The notes under the pieces are model-generated. The model did not search any database and was not told where the DNA came from. It was given only the letters and a program-made list of their open reading frames with translations. Positions 26,144 through 38,714 of a stretch of 64,000 nucleotides of DNA are shown piece after piece. A program made the position numbers and the translations under genes. The DNA comes from Octopus vulgaris (Eukaryota), in assembly GCA_951406725.2 (NCBI GenBank), contig OX597815.1, positions 191,952,001 through 192,016,000 of the forward strand, written 5' to 3'. Each line of letters opens with the position of its first letter. Position 1 is the stretch's first letter.

Positions 26144-26564
26144 ATATTAGAGCACTGTTAATATGTTAATTGTTAATATGATGCCACTCTGCTGTTAAAA
26201 GAAATTATTCATCAGCATGTGTGTTTGTGTGTGTCTGTGTATGTGTGTTTGTGTGTATGTGTGTGTGTGTGTGTATGTGTTTGTGTGTATGTGTTTGTGT
26301 GTATGTGTTTGTGAGTCTGTGTACGTGTCTGTGTATGTGTCTGTGTGTTTGTGTGTATGTGTTTGTGTGTCTGTGTTTGTTTGTATGTGTTTGTGTGTCT
26401 GTGTTTCTGTTTGTATGTGTGTGTGTGTGTGTGTATGTGTCTGTGTCTGTGTGTTTGTATGTGCATGTGTATGTGTGTGTGTGTGTGTATGTGTGTGTGT
26501 GTGACAATTACAATGCTTTCTGATTGCAGTTTCCGGTTTTAGTCGTATATTGTCTTTTTTTTAG

Positions 26565-26672
26565 TCATCGTTTGTCCATTGTGTCGGTGATGCTCGTCGT
26601 ATCACTGGTACTGTCAGTGAAATACTATTACGGAATTTAAAAGTTTGTGAATCTAAATGTACAGAAACTATG
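26565..26672 (+). CDS. Candidate internal coding exon (108 nt, phase 0-0) of an unidentified host gene: SSFVHCVGDARRITGTVSEILLRNLKVCESKCTETM
   Basis: Acceptor gtcttttttttAG and donor ATG|GTGAGT. Length is a multiple of 3, only frame 0 is open, and the sequence is unique and non-repetitive among repeats. Protein family not recognised. Confidence 0.7.
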
Positions 26673-26821
26673 GTGAGTCTGGTTTCCATGGCTGATGAAA
26701 TGCTTCCCATCTTTGTTAGAGTTCTTTCTGCTTTGCTGTTAATCATTTATGTATTCCATGGTGCTATATGCTGTATACACACACTCACACACAGCCATCA
26801 TGTATGGTATGTATATTATAT

Positions 26822-26858
<37 letters not shown>

Positions 26859-26929
26859 CATAGGCATAATAGAATTTAGATGCTTATATGTGTGTGTGTA
26901 TAATTGTATGTATTTTTTTTTTTTTTAAT

Positions 26930-27150
26930 TTTCTGTACTTGTTTCAGTCATTTGACTGCGGCCATGCTGGAGCACCGCCTTTTAGAGTGGTGAAAGAGTA
27001 CAGCAGGGATCACCACCTCCTGCCGGAGCCTCGTGGAGCTTTTAGGTGTTTTCGCTCAATAAACACACACAACGCCCGGTCTGGGAATCGAAACCGCGAT
27101 CCTCCGACCGCAAGTCCGCTGCCCTAACCACTAGGCCATTGCGCCTCCAC
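26930..27150 (-). mobile_element. Chimeric SINE: family D head joined to family A tail
   Basis: On the minus strand the D head runs to ...ctgtactctttcaccac, then ctaaaaggcggtgctccagcatggccgcagtcaaatgactgaaac. Confidence 0.8.
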
Positions 27151-27161
27151 ATTATATTTTC

Positions 27162-27210
<49 letters not shown>

Positions 27211-27370
27211 TATATATATGTTTATTTATATATACATATATATACACATATATATGCACACACACACACATTAGTGTTTGTTTCTATGTTCAGTTTTAAG
27301 CCATCATTGGACTGCATTGATTTTTCTCAACTTGATAGGTCTTCTCAAGCACATATGTGTATATTATGTT

Positions 27371-27427
<57 letters not shown>

Positions 27428-27556
27428 ATATATTGTTTTTGTGTGACATATATATATGTTTATATATATGTACGTATATATTAGGTTTGTGTTTATATAT
27501 ACATATATTTGTATACATTGTTTGTGTGTATATATTGTCTGTGTATATATGTTCGC

Positions 27557-27608
<52 letters not shown>

Positions 27609-29369
27609 TATGTTTGTGTGTTTGTTTGTGTGTGTATTTATATATTCCAGTGAGGACAAAGCATATTGAATAATGATGATGATGAAATATGTATATATGT
27701 GTATATCATGTTATATATATATATATATAATATGTAGATAGGGTCATAATACAAGCTATGTTCTCTTGAAGAATGTCTTCGTATTGCAGTCCTCCAAAAT
27801 TGCATGTAGATCTTATAATTGAGTGAAGCATGCATATGACTTGAAAAATAGTGGAAAATAGTTTTTGCAGAGTAATTGCATATCGAAATAGGAGACTGGA
27901 AGAAAATTATTAGAATTATTAATTCACCATTACATGTGTTTCATTTGCTAATAGGAGTTACAAAGTTGTACATGCAGTAGAAACATGTACGATATCTCTT
28001 ATTAGAAATTCTTCAAACAGAGAACGAAAGAATTTTATTTTATCATTGTTATTATTATATCATTTGATTTTCTGTCTGAAGAATTTATAATAGAAGGTAA
28101 TCTTACATATTTTTCTACATGTACCACTTAGTAATTCCTGTTAGGAAACGAAACATATGTAATGGCAAATAAATAATACCAAACATGCATTTCAATCTCT
28201 CCTTTTCATATATTTCACCCCCTTCCCCTCTCCTTTATTCTTAACAACGTCAGACAATTGCCCACTCACAAAATTTTGACCTTTTCCTTCTTTTTTCCTT
28301 ACTGATCATTTTATTTCTTCATACGTTTGTCTTTCTATTTTGTTTTGTTTTTTATTCCATTCTTCTAGTTTCACCACTCATTTTGAATTATATCTCTGTA
28401 GAGTTAACTTGGGATTCCTTAACGACACTGTAACAGTCATATAACTAAGGTATACTCAGCCTTATGAATGGCGTATTTTTGAGGATCTGCTTGAAACATA
28501 TGTAGGCTGGATTTTACCTGCTCTATTCTCTCAATTTGGCTTCATATCTATGTGTGTGTGTATTTTTAATTAGCAGAAAAATTACAAGAGTGTCTTGTGT
28601 GAGAGTTTTGTGCAAGGATTGCCCAAAACTCTGGGTCCCTGAGTCACTCCTATAGCTTTTTGGCCAATTAAAATAATTTGTACTCATTGATTGAGTTCTA
28701 TTTTACCTGTTTGTTCCATGAAACTTACATATATGCTTGTGTGTGTGTGTGTATATATATACACACACACATATATATATACACACACATACATACATAC
28801 ATATATGCATATGTATGTGCGTATGTATATATGTATGTATGTGCGTTTGTGTGTCTATCTTTATAAGATCATAATACCGTTAGAGTAATTGACTCGAATT
28901 TATAAGCAATATTTCAAACTCACTATGCTAATTAACTATCAGGCTTGATTAACAAATTTGAATCTTAAGTCTTGTAAATCATGTCTAAGTGTACAGTTAC
29001 CACTTTATTTTTTTCTTAAACATGGTCGGGTTTCTCGTTTGCCATTTTTCTTCTCTTTTACTGTCTTCATTCATTGGAATGTCTTCAAGAGTTTTAGCTG
29101 ATTACATTAGCCTAATTACTTTCCTTGATACTTATTTTTTTCCATTATTCTTGTAAAACCATCATCATGAGTACTGAAGTTCTAATGCTCATTTTTCCAT
29201 GCTTACATAGGATAAAACTCCCTCTCAAGTCGTAGACTCAGAAGGCTGGTTTCTACTTCTTTTTGTTTGATGAAACCTCGTGAATGCAGCAAGTGAGCCA
29301 TGGACCAGGACAAGTTGTAATCTGAGGGAGCTAGACCCTGGCTATATGCTGCATGTGGCATCAGTTTGA

Positions 29370-29404
<35 letters not shown>

Positions 29405-29406
<2 letters not shown>

Positions 29407-29677
29407 TTGCCAGCCTCGCCTGGCCCCCGTGCCGGTGGCACGTAAAAGCACCATCCGTTCGTGGCCATTTGCCAGCTCCGTCTGGCACCTGTGCGGTTGG
29501 CACGTAAAAAGCACCCACTACACTCACGGAGTGGCTGGCGTTAGGAAGGGCATCCAGCCGTAGAAACACTGCCAGATCAGACTGGGCCTGATGCAGCCTT
29601 CTGGCTTCACAGACCCCAGTTGAACCGTCCAACCCATGCTAGCATGGAAAGCGGACGTTAAACGATGATGATGATGA
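29405..29677 (+). mobile_element. Family C repeat, young copy
   Basis: Matches the consensus; (gat)n tail. Confidence 0.9.
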
Positions 29678-29769
29678 TATATATATATATGTATATATTG
29701 TGTTTGTGTGACATATATAAGTATGTATATATTTGTGTGTGTATATATATGTTTATATATATTATGTTT

Positions 29770-29821
<52 letters not shown>

Positions 29822-29959
29822 ATATGTTCGCATGTGTATATATATGTATGTATATATTATGTTTCTGTGTTTCTGTTTGTGTCTATATATATGCCAACGA
29901 GGACAACGTACATTGAATGATGATACTGATGATGATATATATATATATATATGTATAGT

Positions 29960-30300
29960 TAAGTTAATGTTTTGGCTCAAAAAGCAAAAAGCAAGGCCAT
30001 GTAGGGGGACATGGAGTTATGTACAGGGAGGGTGTTCATGCAAAGAGTTCAGGCCATTTCTGGTCAAGAGAGACTTTGAACCGAGTGGTCGTCAGCATCT
30101 TCACTATCTCGTCCGGCAGCTTATTCCACGGATCCGCAACCCAGATGGAGAAAGCCCCTCTCCTTCGATTGAGATGAAATTGTTGCAGATAGAGCTTTTC
30201 GGAGTGACCCCGCAGCCGACGCTCTGGAGCAGGAGTGAAGAAACAGCTCTTTCGAGAGGTTACACTTTCCACTTATGATGTTGTGAGCAAGAATGAGATC
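29960..30300 (-). mobile_element. CR1-clade LINE 3' end
   Basis: RLRGHSEKLYLQQFHLNRRRGAFSIWVADPWNKLPDEIV...FKVSLD fits the CR1 ORF2 C-terminal RGH...FS.RV...WNxLP...FK..LD pattern. Confidence 0.8.
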
Positions 30301-30564
30301 ACCATGGCGTCATATATATATATATATATATGCTGGGTGTGGCATACATGGCTATATGCTGGGTGTGGCATAAACTTTCTGGAGCTTATTCTAGGTTGTC
30401 CAAGCAGTGCGAGGTCTTATGTTGTCTTGCTGTAGAAGATCTCTTGCTTTTTGTTAACCAATGCCAGGTACATCTGCTCCAGCTGTTTCGAGTACAGGTT
30501 GGCATCGATGGTTCAATCATCCAGAATAAACTTGTAGTGAATGAGCCCCTAATACATATGTCTA

Positions 30565-30730
30565 GTTTTCATAAGTTTTGAATTAAAAACTTCCACCAAA
30601 CCTTAGTCACAATTTATGTTCCTAACACTAGCTGAATCATAACTAAGTTATTTTACTAAATTCTTTGTTATATTTAAAATTAATTGAAAGAAACACAGAG
30701 TATCTCAATAGGAATATGGTAACAAAACAG
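30565..30730 (-). mobile_element. piggyBac-like MITE, partial
   Basis: Reverse complement of the 3350-3570 body, ending at TTAA. Confidence 0.75.
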
Positions 30731-30951
30731 TTAAACAGGGACTAAATCCAATGTATTTCTTCCAAGTCTTTGTATTTTCTTCATCTTACTTTTACAGACA
30801 TTTTGTTGACCTAAATCTCTGCTGCTACAGCTCTGTTTAGTTCATGTTAATTATTAGGATATTTTGAAGGTGGCCATAACCAACCTTCAGCATGCAACAA
30901 TACTAATCACCAGTACTCCATATTTTGACATTTAATCCAATATCATCAACA

Positions 30952-30991
<40 letters not shown>

Positions 30992-31619
30992 GCACACGTA
31001 GACACACACACACACATGTGCACATGTAGACACACACACACACACATGTGTGTGTGTGCATACACATTTAAAATTTCTGGTGGGGGATTGGGGGGTAGAG
31101 CAAAGCGCAGGAGAAACATCAGTAGATGGAGACTTTCAGCAATTACAACAACTAGAACAAATAAATCCTTTCTTGGCCTTATTTGTGCCGAGACAAAATT
31201 GCTTGCTAACCACTATAATTGTTGCTCTACTAGCTATCATCTCTGACATCAATTATGTCCCCTTACCCTTACTCTTCTTCACTTAAGATCACAAACTCTC
31301 TGCTGCCTACTTGACCAAATTTGTATTGTAATCCATTTGACTTGTAAATGCCATCTTTAGTGACTCACACACAGCTGTAAATAATTACATCTACTTGCAT
31401 CACTTTCAAGAATTTTCATTTCATTTTAAATTCTCTACGTCATCTCATTAACAGCTGTTAATTTTATTTAACTAGGCTTTTTCTAATTAAAAAATTTTTT
31501 TATTCACTTGATTAATACTTAGTTGTAGTGAAAGCTAAAAAAACAAGTAATTAACAAAACTCTGCCAGTAGCAACTACTAAATAAATTTGTTCTAAAGAG
31601 ATTTTCTTCCTAATAATGT

Positions 31620-32066
31620 TAATCCTTTTTACGATAAGCACAATGTTTGAAATTCTAGGGGAGGGGGCTAGTTAATTACAATAACCTCAGTGCATAACTG
31701 GTACTTATTTTATTGATAGGCAAAGTCGACCTTGCTGGAATTTGAACTCAGAATGTAAAGACTAGCGCAATGCTGTTAAGCATTTTATCTGGTGTGCAAA
31801 CAGTTTTGCTTGTTCACCACCTTAACGATTACAATAATAATAATAATATTTGTTTCAAATTTTTGGCACAAGGCCAGCAATTTTGAGGAGAGGGTTAAGT
31901 CAATTACACCAACCCCTGTGTTCAATTGGGGCTTATTTTATCGACCCTTGAAAGGATAAAAGGTGAAGTCGAATTTGGTGGGTTTTGAACTAACAATGTA
32001 ATGGGTTAGACGAAATGCCACTGAGCATTTTGTGCAGGGTACTAACGATTCAGTCAGTTCAGTTCC

Positions 32067-32102
<36 letters not shown>

Positions 32103-33165
32103 GATGGGATACAGCAAATATTCTGCCCAATACCACAGATTTGCTTGTCAGTTGTTTGACCATAACCAGTTGACCATGTCCCTTAGTGGCTGACGATATG
32201 TGCATCTCTGATCATGAGCTGAAGTAGTGGGGGAGCATCATAGCCGTGTGTTGAAAGGAATTCTTGGAGGTTTGGATAATTCACTTTTGGAAACATGGGT
32301 GGTTCGTTCAACATCCTTAAACAATTCTTATTCAGGGACCTATTAAGTGGGATGGGCTACTCGACCTGAAGAAAATTCTAACTGGGCCTCACCTGCAAGG
32401 TCATGTGCTTTTTATCTTGATAAGAGATCACCATATCGTGCACTTATGGTTGTGATGCATATGCCTAGTGTACCCTTATCAGACGGGTAGTCATGATGGG
32501 TATACTGGGCTTCGTATATCTTACCCCAGTGTCACTTTGATGGCATGCACTGCTCTCTCACTCAATAATAATAATAATAATAATAATAATGAGAATCGAA
32601 TACTTTGGATGGTGCTTGAAAAGTAAGGGATGTTACCTTAGTTTTCTGGTAGTGAACAGCTGGCACCTTAGTAGAACTCCAGCGTTAGAAGCTGTGCAAA
32701 GACAATAAATAATAATAATAATAATCCTTTCTACTATAGGCACAGGGCCTGAAATTTTGGGGGAGGGGACTAGTCGATTATATTGACCCCCAGTGTTTCA
32801 CTGGTACTTAATTTATTGACCCTGAAAGAATGAAAGATAAAGTCGATCTCCGTGGAATTTGAACTCAGAACATAGTGGCCGTCAAAATACCGCTAAGCAT
32901 TTCATCCGGCTTGCTAACAATTCTGCTAGTTTGCTGCCTTAATGATAATAATGGTTTTAAATTTTGGCATAGGACCAGCAGTTTTTGAAGGTAGGGAAAA
33001 GTTGATTTCATTGATCTTCCAGTAATTAACGGGTGTTTATTTTATTGACCCCCAAAGGATGAAAGGCAAAGTTGACCTCAGTGTAAATTAACTCAGAATG
33101 TAAAGACAGATGAAATATCTCCAAACATTTTGTTTGTTGTGGTAATGATGCAAGCAGCTCACTAG
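31620..33165 (-). mobile_element. Cluster of four older SINE B copies interleaved with (AAT)n and family G
   Basis: Repeated aaagtcgacct...gaatttgaactcagaa cores near 31720, 31965, 32840 and 33070. Confidence 0.75.
32102..32565. mobile_element. Family G repeat, intact copy between (AAT)n tracts
   Basis: Matches 2510-3195 without the CR1 insertion. Confidence 0.8.
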
Positions 33166-33237
33166 TTTAATAATAATAATAATATTGATAATGATGATGA
33201 TGATAATAATAATAATAATAGTAATAATAATGATAAT

Positions 33238-33780
33238 GTGTTGATTCTTTGGGACTTCCCCGTACATACCGACAAAACTATCAAAGCTAATAAACTGGAT
33301 ATTATTATAAAAGATCAGACAAAAAAGTGTGTTTATTAATTGACATGAGTATCCCTTGCGATCACAATATAGCGGCGAAAGAATTTGACAAGATCAGTTA
33401 ATATAAAGACTTGCTAATAAAAATTGAAAAAATATGGCATCTCAAGGCGACTACAGTACCAGTGATTGTAGGATCTCTAGGAATGATAAAAAAGGTATCG
33501 AAACCTATTTGAAAATGATACCAGGCTTACCGTCCCTACAGGAAGTGCAAAAAATCGTGTTAACTGGAATGACTCATGCACTGAGAAGAGCATTATCGCT
33601 GTGAAAACAACATCCATTCATGAATTTATTTTATTTATTAATTTTTTTATATACATATTTTACCTGTGAATTTGCGTGTGTAATCTGGGAATGCATACAA
33701 TGAGCTTCTCTGCCCTAGGTGTACGGAAAACACTCGGCGAGAAACGGAAGAAAATTTGAAGAAAGAAGGAAAATAAACAA
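33238..33780 (+). mobile_element. R4/Dong-clade non-LTR retrotransposon, 5'-truncated (restriction-like endonuclease domain plus 3' UTR)
   Basis: VLILWDFPVHTDKTIKANKLDIIIKD / CLLIDMSIPCDHNIAAKEFDKIS*YKDLLIKIEKIWHLKATTVPVIVGSLGMIKK / GIETYLKMIPGLPSLQEVQKIVLTGMTHALRRALSL*, with two frameshifts and one stop. Embedded in (AAT)n. Confidence 0.85.
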
Positions 33781-33784
33781 CAAC

Positions 33785-33820
<36 letters not shown>

Positions 33821-34843
33821 TATGATGATGATTTCTTTTGTTGGTCACAAGGGCCCAAACATGGAAGACAATATCAAAGGATGAATTACACAGAGTAAAA
33901 GAAATACTGGAAGCGACTAACGATGAATGTTTTGAAAATATTCTTTTTCTTTTGAATTTTAATTAAAATATCAAATGATCGTTTGATGCTGTTGGTTGTT
34001 GTTGTTGTTGAAAGTTAATGAATAAATTATTAAAGATGACTGAGCGTTAAAAAGGTTGATGAACTCCATTGCACAAGAGATGAGAAACAGAATTTCAGGG
34101 GACCTCATGAGGATGATAAAGCAGGAAACTCAAAAAGCCTAGATGTGACTTGACTAAATGCTTGAAGATAAAATAAATTGCATGACTTTACTAAAAATGG
34201 TTGCTCTTTTACTTGTTTCAGTCATGTGACTGTGGCCATGCTGGAGCACTGCCTTTAGTCGAGCAAATCAACCCAAGGACTTTTTCTTTGTAAGCCTGGT
34301 ACTTATTCTATCGGTCTCTTTGCCAAGCCGCTAGGTTACAGGGACGTAAACACACCAGCATCGGTTGTCGAGCGATGTTGGGGGCACAAACACAGACACA
34401 CAAACATATATACATACATACTGACAAAACTTCATGCTAAATTAATCTAATGGGGTTTTTTTGCGTGTTTTTAAATGGCTGCAATTGTTTTTGTTTCAGC
34501 ACACAATCTCAAATCAAGTCACTTGCTATGCAAGTACATCTCCATAGTTGTACATATGTAATGACTAGAAATGTAGGTGTATGAGAAAATAAAAAGAGAG
34601 ATGAATGATATATTCTTTCTATTATAAGCACAGAGCCTGAAATTTTTGGTGGGAGACTGGTCAACTATACTGACCCCATTGCTCAATTGGTGCTTATTTT
34701 ATTAAGCCTTAAAGGACGAACAGTGAAGTTGACCTTGGCAGCATTTGAACTCAGAATATAAAGCCAGAAGAAATGTTATTTCGCATTTTGTCTGGTGTAC
34801 TAAGAATTCTGCCTGCTCACTACCTTAGAAATAAATATCATAT

Positions 34844-35386
34844 TGAACAGAATTAGGTAATTTGAAACATGTTTGTCAGGTATTTCAACTGCTAAAGGCA
34901 AATACGCTGCAGTTACTGTGGAGAATATATCTTTCTTATGGTAAAACAAGGTGTGAAAACATCCCATTTGTTCAGTGTTGCCATCTATTAGAAATCGCAG
35001 ACATTGATGTGTCAAGCTTCTTGGCTCTTGTTGAAGAGATGTACCTAAGAAAGACAACTCTGAACGAACTTATAAAGCCATAGCTTTATGTCTATGTTAT
35101 TTTTTTCAATCGAGCGATCTATTGTTGACTGAATCATACATAAAGTTATGGCATACATAAAGCTATGGCTCATTCAGAGTTACCTCTCTTAGATATATCT
35201 CATTGACAAGAGCCAAGAAGCTTGAAACATTGATGTCTTGGATTCCTAATAGATGGCACCACTGAATAAACCAGGTGTTTTCACACCTTTTTTAACCATA
35301 AGCGAAATATGTTCTCCACAGTGTATTTGCCTTTTAGCAGTTGAAATATGGGACAAACATATTTCAACTAACCGAAATTCTGTTCA
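34844..35386. mobile_element. Fold-back element or MITE with imperfect inverted arms of about 240 bp
   Basis: Complementary pairs include tgaacagaatt/aattctgttca, tcaagcttcttggctcttg/caagagccaagaagcttga and agccatagctttatgt/acataaagctatggct. Confidence 0.8.
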
Positions 35387-35504
35387 TGCCTAAAAACTGC
35401 TTAGCGTTAACACTTTGAATACGCCTTTTTTTTTTTTTGTTTTCTACTATAGGTACAAGGCCCAGAATTTTTGGGGAGGTGGCCAATAAAGTGTAAGAAA
35501 ATAG

Positions 35505-35735
35505 GGCAGTGAGCTGGCAGCATCGTTAACATGCTGGGCAAAATGCTTAGCGGCGTTTCATCTGCCATTACGTTCTAAGTTCAAATCCCACCAAGGTCAA
35601 CTTTGCTTTTCATCCTTTCGGAGTTGATAAATTACATACCAGTTACACACTGGGGTCGATGTAATCGACTTAATCCCTTTGTCTGTCCTTGTTTGTCCCC
35701 TTTATGTTTTACCCCCTTTGGGCAATAAAGAAATA
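35505..35735 (+). mobile_element. SINE B with a 16-bp target duplication
   Basis: aataaagtgtaagaaa at 35485-35500 and 35732-35747. Confidence 0.85.
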
Positions 35736-35929
35736 AAGTGTAAGAAAGATGTGTTACAGAATGCAATCAGAAGACCCCATTTTTTAAGGAGGTGGGGGCA
35801 TCATATTTTTTGAGATCAGTCATACTTAAGATGAAGTCATTAATGCTTAAGTGTTTTAAGTGCATGGAAGGACAGAGAAATAGGTTTCTGAGTTTGAATT
35901 TTATGTAAGTTGGAGGTAATAGCTTTTAA

Positions 35930-36305
35930 CCCTTTTGATACCAACCCGACCGAAACCGGCTCTGGCTTTGGAGTACAAATGTCTTGTTTTCAAAAGTTCT
36001 GAATTAGAATCTTCTACCAAACCTTAATCAAAATTCATGTTCCTAACACTAGCTTAATGATAACTAAGCTATTTTACTAAATTCTTTGTTATATTTATGG
36101 TAACAAAAGGGTTAACAAATGATTAATTTAATCCTTTCGTTACCAACCTGGCTGAAACTGCCTCTGGCTCTGTAGTATAAATGTCTTGTTTTCAAAAGTT
36201 CTGAATTAAAATCTTCTACCAAACCTTAGTCACAATTTATGTTCCTAACACTAGCTTAATGATAAATTAAATTATTTTACTAATTCTTTGTTATATTTAA
36301 AATTA
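35930..36305 (-). mobile_element. Tandem dimer of piggyBac-like MITEs; the second unit is truncated by SINE A
   Basis: TTAA|CCCTTTTG ... CAAAAGGG|TTAA, then caaatgattaat, TTAA and a second unit. Confidence 0.8.
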
Positions 36306-36318
36306 ATTAAAAGAAATA

Positions 36319-36485
36319 CAGGCGCAGGAGTGGGTGTGTGGTAAGTAGCTTGCTACCCAACCACATGGTTCCGGGTTCAGTCCCACTGCGTTGCATCTTG
36401 GGCAAGTGTCTTCTGCTATAGCACTGGGCCGACCAATGCCTTGTGAGTGGATTTGGTAGACGGAAACTGAAAGAAACCTGTCGTA

Positions 36486-36529
<44 letters not shown>

Positions 36530-36742
36530 CGTATGTGTTTGTGTGTCTGTGTTTGTCCCCCCAACATCGCTTGACAACTGATGCTGGTGTGTTTACATCC
36601 CCCGTAACTTAGCAGTTCAGCAAAAGACTGATAGAATAAGTACTAGGCTTACAAAGAATAAGTCCTAGGGTCGATTTGCTCGACTAAAAGCAGTGCTCCA
36701 GCATGGCCACAGTCAAATAACTGAAACAAGTAAAAGCATAAA
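36319..36742 (+). mobile_element. SINE A, full length
   Basis: ggcgcaggagtgggtgtgtggtaag head, internal (TA)n(TG)n and ctgaaacaagtaaaag tail. Confidence 0.9.
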
Positions 36743-37648
36743 AGTGTATGTCTGTGGAATACTCAATCTCTTGCATGTTAGTTTTGTGCCATGCGGTGGG
36801 ACTGAACCCAGAACCATGCATTTGGAAAGCAAACTTCTTACCACACAGCCACATCTGCATCTATTGTGAAAAATTCTTTTTCTATTTGTGAATGAAAAAT
36901 CATTTGTCATTTTTTATTTGATTCATTACTTAACCTTTACTCCACAAACTCACCTATAATATCTCATAACAGCTAATATAATAATCATAATAATAACAAC
37001 AACAATAATAATAATATATAAAATCTTAAATCTTATGATTTGATGGATGGTATTATTTTGCTCCCTTCTTCCAGTAATTCTTGTGTTTATTCACTGAAAA
37101 TAGGAATAAGAGAATCGTATAAGACAAAAATTTCTTTTGAAACCATTTTAAAATTCAAAGTTGAACTTTTAAGCCCTACAAAGAAAGAGAATAGATTTTC
37201 GAAACAATTGTCTGGAAATAGTAGAAGGAAATGAAAATCCATATATAGACATCGATAACTCTGAGGTATATAACACCCACGTATACATACATGTACACAC
37301 ACACACACACACACATGCGTATATGTATATATATGTAAATCTATAAAATAAAAGGTTATTCAGTGGAAACAATAACAATGAGTCAGATAAAGAGGAAGGT
37401 AGACTGGATGGATAGATAGATAGATAGATAGATAGAGAGAGAGACAGAGAGAGAGAGACAGAGACAGATAGATAGATAGATAGATAGAGACAGATAGATA
37501 GATAGATAGATAGAGACAGATAGATAGATAGATAGACAGAGAGAGAGAGAGAAAGACAGATAGATAGATAGATAGATAGATCGATAGAACCAGAGGGATG
37601 GGATTTAAAAGAGAGCCACTTTGATACCATATCATTTAGAATGGCTGT

Positions 37649-37686
<38 letters not shown>

Positions 37687-38039
37687 TAGGCACACACAGT
37701 CATCTAATGTATATGAATAGATGTATGTATGTGTGTGTGTGTGTGTACATACATACATATTCACTGACTCTTGTGTATGTACTATATGCAGTTATATATT
37801 CGTTTTAAAACTAAATTTATTCTACATAGTTTAATATTGAATATATGAACGTTTGTACTTATAAGATCTTGGTACATTTAATAAGAGTTTATTTGTTCAA
37901 AGTGGATAATTCCTAACCTACTCATAGATTTTCCCCATATTCACGACACTTCAAAGAGCATCATCAAATACACACACGCACACGCACACTCACATACTCA
38001 CAAACACAGAGTTGCCTTATATCTTTGTAAATACTTGCC

Positions 38040-38104
38040 ATCTCTGAAGAGCGTGTGATGTTATTTAACCATCTAATACCCTGTGTGAAACTGATTAGCA
38101 AGAT
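38040..38104 (+). ncRNA. Decayed hammerhead-like motif
   Basis: atct-CTGAAGA-gcgtg...tgtgt-GAAA-ctgattag-CA-agat. Stem I is intact, stem II is weak and the cleavage triplet is mutated to GCA. Confidence 0.35.
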
Positions 38105-38714
38105 TGACTAACATGGATCTATAATACTGTATAGTTTGATTTACACACACACACACGCACACACAAACACACACTCACGAGCATTTTAATAAACAGAAAT
38201 GCAAACTTTGACAGAAATCACAATTACTATTAAGTCAAATTTACTTGAATTTTTAATCTTCCAAAGTTAAAATAACATCTATGATCCCTCCCCAGTTCTG
38301 TAGATGGTAGCAGTGGCTCCCTTTGAGATTTAAGTGTTTCGAGTCAATGTCACTGATAAAATTCCATCATCCAATATCTTGGGAATTTTAGCAATGATCT
38401 ACTGCCACACCAACAATCCAACATATACCCATCATCAGCTGCCCCGTGGATATCATTATGGTTTTGACACCTGGGTAGTACCATTCAATCCGGCAGTGTC
38501 AACAGCACAAAATAAGTGTTGTTTGGGAACAATACACACACACACACACATGTCCATAAACAGATAGATAGAAAGATAGATATCCAAATATTTTAAAATA
38601 TATATGCAACAATATATTTCACATTAATTAACAGACATGCAAATAGAAATAAAAACAGAAACAAAATTATAATAAGAAACTTAAGTTTTCCATATTGAAC
38701 ATAATTTATGTATT

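Larger units (their letters stand above)
29160..30545 (-). mobile_element. Fragmented mariner (DD34D) transposase relic
   Basis: 30375-30540 reads HYKFILDD*TIDANLYSKQLEQMY ... LLQQDNIRPRTA ... NKLQK. 29203-29366 reads MPHAAYSQGLAPSDYNLSWSMAHLL. The two parts are split by family C, microsatellites and CR1. Confidence 0.75.

Noticed and set aside
38280-38520. Unique sequence inspected for conserved miRNA hairpins
   Set aside because: No match to mature miRNAs I recall and no clean 60-70 nt hairpin.
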